Source: Obrimoposthia wandeli
Taxonomy: Eukaryota
Assembly (NCBI GenBank): GCA_977020255.1
Contig: CDROCS010006366.1
Location: 1-64,000, forward strand
Direction: 5' to 3'
DNA: 64,000 nucleotides
Part shown: in pieces, positions 60,283 to 64,000 of the stretch
Layout: each line of letters begins with the position of its first letter
Numbering within the stretch: the stretch's first letter is position 1
Translations under genes and position numbers: made by a program
The notes under the pieces: generated by a model
What the model saw: the letters and a program-made list of their open reading frames with translations, nothing else
Database searches by the model: none
What the model was told of the DNA's origin: nothing

Positions 60283-60663
60283 TTAAGATTGTTTATGCTT
60301 TAATAATAATAAACAGAGTTGTCCACATGACTGTGTTTAAGCATTCTGATAATATTTCTTACTAAACTGTACTTTCTTTCCAGAGTCAAGTACTGTAGAT
60401 GCTAATTTAGATGGGTAATATATCCCAAAGGGGTCAAAAACAAAGATTTCTTTTTCTTTAACATGTATTGCACTCCAATGTTCTCCGTGCAAATTAGATG
60501 AATGTGAATTGATCACATGCCCACCTGGACGAGTCAATGAGGGGATATGATCGAGACTGTAGACTCCATTGAAACGCGAACCGAGTAGTTTTCTCCCGCT
60601 TTTTGCTATCTCGATCGAACTAGATTATAGATTAATTGATTATTTCAAACGGACTTACTTCAT
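60283..60663 (-). pseudogene. PRO: Maturation protease with intron 60658-60620; one in-frame stop
   Basis: ATGAA|GTAAGT...TCTAG|T gives MNSIEIAKSGRKLLGSRFNGVYSLD...GEHW...FDP...YQ...SCG. Confidence 0.85.
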
Positions 60664-60787
60664 TTATGTCTTCTTGCTATTGTCATTATGTTTACACTAG
60701 TATGGTACCCACATTGGTAGCACTATCTATCACCACCTGAGATATAGGTTTATCAAATATACACAATTCTGTTTTAGTACAACTCAT
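60664..60787 (-). pseudogene. MCP: MCP stub (first 23 codons only)
   Basis: MSCTKTELCIFDKPISQVVIDSA; the protease ATG follows about 55 nt later. Confidence 0.85.
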
Positions 60788-60789
60788 TA

Positions 60790-61150
60790 CTTAAAATTGT
60801 TTCACCTGGTTTCAGACGTTTGTTTATACTCAAGACTTTAGAAGTTTCTTACGTTTATAACCACTTCCCTTTTGAGTTTTCTTTATAAAATATTTAGCTA
60901 GATTGGGTGAAATTTCATTCACCTGGTCAATGGCTGCACTTTTGAGCGTTGAAAGTAATTTCTCGTCATCGGATAAGTATTTTGATCTGGCATTACCTAT
61001 AAATTTCCCAAGTCGTTGGAGTAGAGGGAAAGCAAAACGTTCAAAAACTTTCATCAATCCAGATCCATACTGTTTCCTGACAAAATAAGGCAAATCACCT
61101 CATTGCATAGGTTTACTATATGCATTGATTATACTTGAATCAATCCAAAT
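60790..61150 (-). pseudogene. Small basic QxGG/QxGS protein homologue
   Basis: LPYFVRKQYGSGLMKVFERFAFPLLQRLGKF...TQKGSGYKRK. Confidence 0.8.
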
Positions 61151-62165
61151 TTTCGAAAATGAATTGTTAAACTTGTTTTAGCACCGTAAGCAAATGTTAT
61201 TAATCTTCCAGAATCATTGCGTATGTTAACTTCAATATTGTTTATAGAAGAATAACTCACTGGAATGTACATTGGATTCTCAATTGGGATATGTATGATA
61301 TCCCCATACTTGTGCTTTTTCTGATGTACCCAAATTGTTTTTATTAATGGAAGTTTAGTTCCTCCGACGAATATTGGTTCAGTAATACTCGTGTAAATAT
61401 AAATCTGATTATATGCATTAGTTATTTTAGGAATAATCTTTGCTTTGAAAACAATATTTTTATTTTCAAATTCATTTTCATTTTCATCAAAACCGATAAT
61501 TGTGGCTAATGATTTATCCATGATAACTTTATCCATATTTGCTTCCAATTTGAATGAATCAATTTATTGACTAGTTTAAAGTTTTCAAATACATCTGGTA
61601 ACATGTTTTTAAACGTTTACACATGCTTTCACTATCCGGAAAAAGAAAATCATTGTGAACTGAATATATTTTCCTCTTGCGCTTAGTGATATTGTTTTTT
61701 ATCTTGAAAGTAAGTATTGGGTAATTAATATGATTATCCATAATTCCTGAAACTAAAAATATTTCTTTATTAGGTTTAGTGGAAAATCCATATTGTTCTG
61801 CAATAATCTCATCATTAAAAACTATTTCAAAATTATCTTCTTGTCCCGAAATTTGAATTCGATTCTTTTTATTTAAAAAGATTGTAAAATCATTTCCTGC
61901 CTTAATACGTCTCAAATCCATTTGCCCTATATAAAATAGTAAAGTCACATTAATTACTTTCTCAACTTCTTGTTTAGAAATATATTCAATCTAAGTTCCA
62001 CTTTGAATTGATAGAAGCGAGTAATTGAAAGAAAATTCAGTAAGAGCAGCCTCTCATTGACCAGGTAAATTGATTGAGCTCTGATAATCAATACTAAAAT
62101 GATTAGCAGTATTATTAAGTTAATGGAGATCCGTTAGTCGGTAATACAAAATGCATTGAATTCAT
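61129..62165 (-). pseudogene. mCP: Minor capsid protein
   Basis: MNSMHFVLPTNG start; C-terminal IYIYTSITEPIFVGGTKLPL...IEVNIRNDSG. Confidence 0.85.
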
Positions 62166-63190
62166 TCTATTTTAGAAGCTAATATCCAACTAGGTTCACT
62201 ATATCCATGCCACTTAACATGATATTGTTTATGCTTTCCTCTACCTTTTGTCTCTAAAATTTCTTGGATTCTATATACATTCGGTTTCTCAGGCAAGACT
62301 TGTAATTCCTCATGATAAAATTTACCCGTGATTACTTTATTGGTTTCATCCTCAATGAAATACATTACCGGTACACGTTTATTATCAATTTTAGTTATAC
62401 GAAATACTTCATCGCTCCAATTCTCTTTGAAATTCTTTATAAAAAGAGTAGTACTAATTTGAGATATACGTACATAATCACCAACTTTATACTTGGGTTT
62501 CTTTACAACTTGACTTTGGTTACGACGTAGCCAATTTTCCATAGCATTCTTATTCGTAACATCAATAGGTTTCTTCTCATCTAAAGAAGAGTGCTCGCTA
62601 TGGTTGTATGCATTAATTATTTTCGGTAAAACTTTGATCCAGATCTTATTTCCCTGCTTAGTGAAATACTTTTTTAATCGATCTTTCAATGTCCGATTAA
62701 AACATTCAACTAAGGCGGCTTTATATTGTGAAAACACTGAGTAATGATTAATATTATGTTTTTTCAATAAAGCACCAACATGTTTATTATAAAACTCCTT
62801 TTCACTATCCGTTTGGAAATTTATTGGTTTTATTTCTTTAATCATTTGTTTCATCGCCTCTAAATCATCAGTAGCGGTCTTTGACTTTAATGGAATAGCT
62901 CATACAAATCTATTAAAGACATCAACACAAGTTAAAATATATCTATATCCATCGTTAATACTTACATACAGAATCATTTCCATCAAATCAGCTTGCCATA
63001 AATCATTCGGGCCACTTGTTTTGTATGATCTCGTTAGAAACCGGCGTCTCATCGGTTTGTTTAAGCTGTACGCTAATTGTTTTTTCAATCACGCCTGAGT
63101 TTCCTTTTCCCTTTTCCTTGCCTCTCTTGCCAATTTTGAAACTCAGGTGTAACCAACAGGATGACTTGGATCGAACCATACTTTCTCCAT
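62162..63190 (-). pseudogene. INT: RVE integrase with chromodomain, with stops
   Basis: WQADL, FQTDSEKEF, LVECFNRTL, QYHVKWHGY. Confidence 0.9.
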
Positions 63191-63248
63191 TACAACAAGA
63201 TGATTTGATTTTTATATTTAATTTAGGAATAGTTGGAAGCGATCCCAT
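63003..63248 (-). CDS. 81-aa putative acylated peptide overlapping the integrase start
   Basis: MGSLPTIPKL...CC; TATAAACA 36 nt upstream. Confidence 0.5.
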   Translation of the reverse strand: MGSLPTIPKLNIKIKSSCCNGESMVRSKSSCWLHLSFKIGKRGKEKGKGNSGVIEKTISVQLKQTDETPVSNEIIQNKWPE

Positions 63249-63279
63249 AAAAATTCGTTTTATTGATTAAAATTCATGT

Positions 63280-63540
63280 TTATAATAATCCTTTCATTAA
63301 TCTGCTAGTGAGTGCACCAATTATTGGGCTAACAATCGGTACTAGAAATCCTAAAAATCCCCCGCTTTGCTTATACAGCAACTTACGTTTACCGGCTTGT
63401 GTTTTAGCTTGATACAAGGCAAGTAGAGGTTTCTTTTGCCGATTCATTTTAGTCTTAACGGATACCTTACCGGAAACTATTTTCTGAACCATATTAAGTA
63501 AATCATCTATTACAAAAGTAGGAAATGATTTAAGAATAGT
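63280..63540 (-). pseudogene. Small basic core-type protein (KQSGGF), 5'-truncated
   Basis: ILKSFPTFVIDDLL matches ILKAFPSFVVDDLL; the upstream sequence is unrelated. Confidence 0.75.
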
Positions 63541-63578
63541 AAAAATACAATAACAATACAAACAGTATGTAAACTTAC

Positions 63579-64000
63579 ATAATGACCACATACTAGAACT
63601 TTCCCTTCAATTTTGATGGTTTCTTTAATTATATTATTAATCTGTTTATAATATTGTAATATTGTTTCTCCTAATTTCGTATTTACAAAGATTGATGTAT
63701 ACTTTAATTCCCTGTAAGATATCTTATCCACTGGATATGTATTGATTACATGTGTGAATTTCGATTTTAGAAGCTCAGTTTCATCAAACCCATCGCGATA
63801 ATTTCCAATATATAATTGATTTACTAAAATCTCACTCATCGCTGTTTTTTTTAATCTTTCCACACTAAGTTGGTTAAATCTAGCTCTAAACAAACTATCA
63901 AAAAGGTGGGTCATATTAGACATTTCCATACTGGAAGCATTTGCTATTATGGGTTCCATAAAGCCAAAGCATTTAAGAAAACCGATCGCTTGTTTTCTTC
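63579..64000 (-). CDS. Exon of a dual-specificity-phosphatase-fold pseudophosphatase (MK-STYX/STYXL1-like), open to the window edge
   Basis: SEILVNQLYIGNYRD...FTHVIN...GKVLVCGHY matches the DSP fold but lacks HCx5R; GTAAGT donor at 63578. Confidence 0.65.

Larger units (their letters stand above)
56823..63540 (-). mobile_element. Polinton copy 3: divergent family, decayed, internally deleted, no termini seen
   Basis: All on -: core gene, acylated peptide, integrase, mCP, QxGG protein, MCP stub, protease, exonuclease-like gene, Zn finger, pPolB. Many stops and frameshifts. Confidence 0.9.

Noticed and set aside
1-64000. tRNA or rRNA genes
   Set aside because: No recognisable cloverleaf or rRNA-like sequence was seen by eye; a covariance-model search was not possible.

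Overview
AT-rich eukaryotic (probably invertebrate; inference) repeat-dense DNA, dominated by Polinton/Maverick elements (integrating dsDNA virus-like transposons). Copy 1 (2226-18882) is full length with long terminal inverted repeats, but most of its genes are frameshifted. Copy 2 (26334-37443) is a near-identical inverted copy. It lacks about 4.7 kb of the polymerase-proximal end, sits inside a decayed DNA transposase, and has intact ORFs for integrase, ATPase, protease and the polymerase core. Copy 3 (about 56820-63540) is a divergent, rearranged, decayed relative, and a small fourth remnant lies at 20-205. Core genes seen: pPolB, RVE integrase with chromodomain, packaging ATPase, major and minor capsid proteins, adenain-like protease, two small basic core-type proteins. 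The most unusual content is an element-encoded TATA-binding-protein (TBP) homologue, hidden from the ORF track by a 38-nt intron. It co-occurs with a non-canonical TATA-like octamer (YATAAACA) 33-42 nt upstream of the start codons of many element genes in both families, which suggests an element-specific promoter-recognition system (hypothesis). Also found: at least 8 short GT-AG introns in copy 1, including a protease intron conserved across families; a conserved MGxxxS/T...CC peptide overlapping the integrase start; a spliced Zn-finger leader upstream of pPolB; a paralogous orphan gene pair; hairpin-forming termini. The rest is minisatellites, remnants of mariner, Sola-like, CR1-like, MULE, hAT and Gypsy elements, and a pseudophosphatase-like exon at the right edge. 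All homology calls come from reading motifs by eye; no database search was run.
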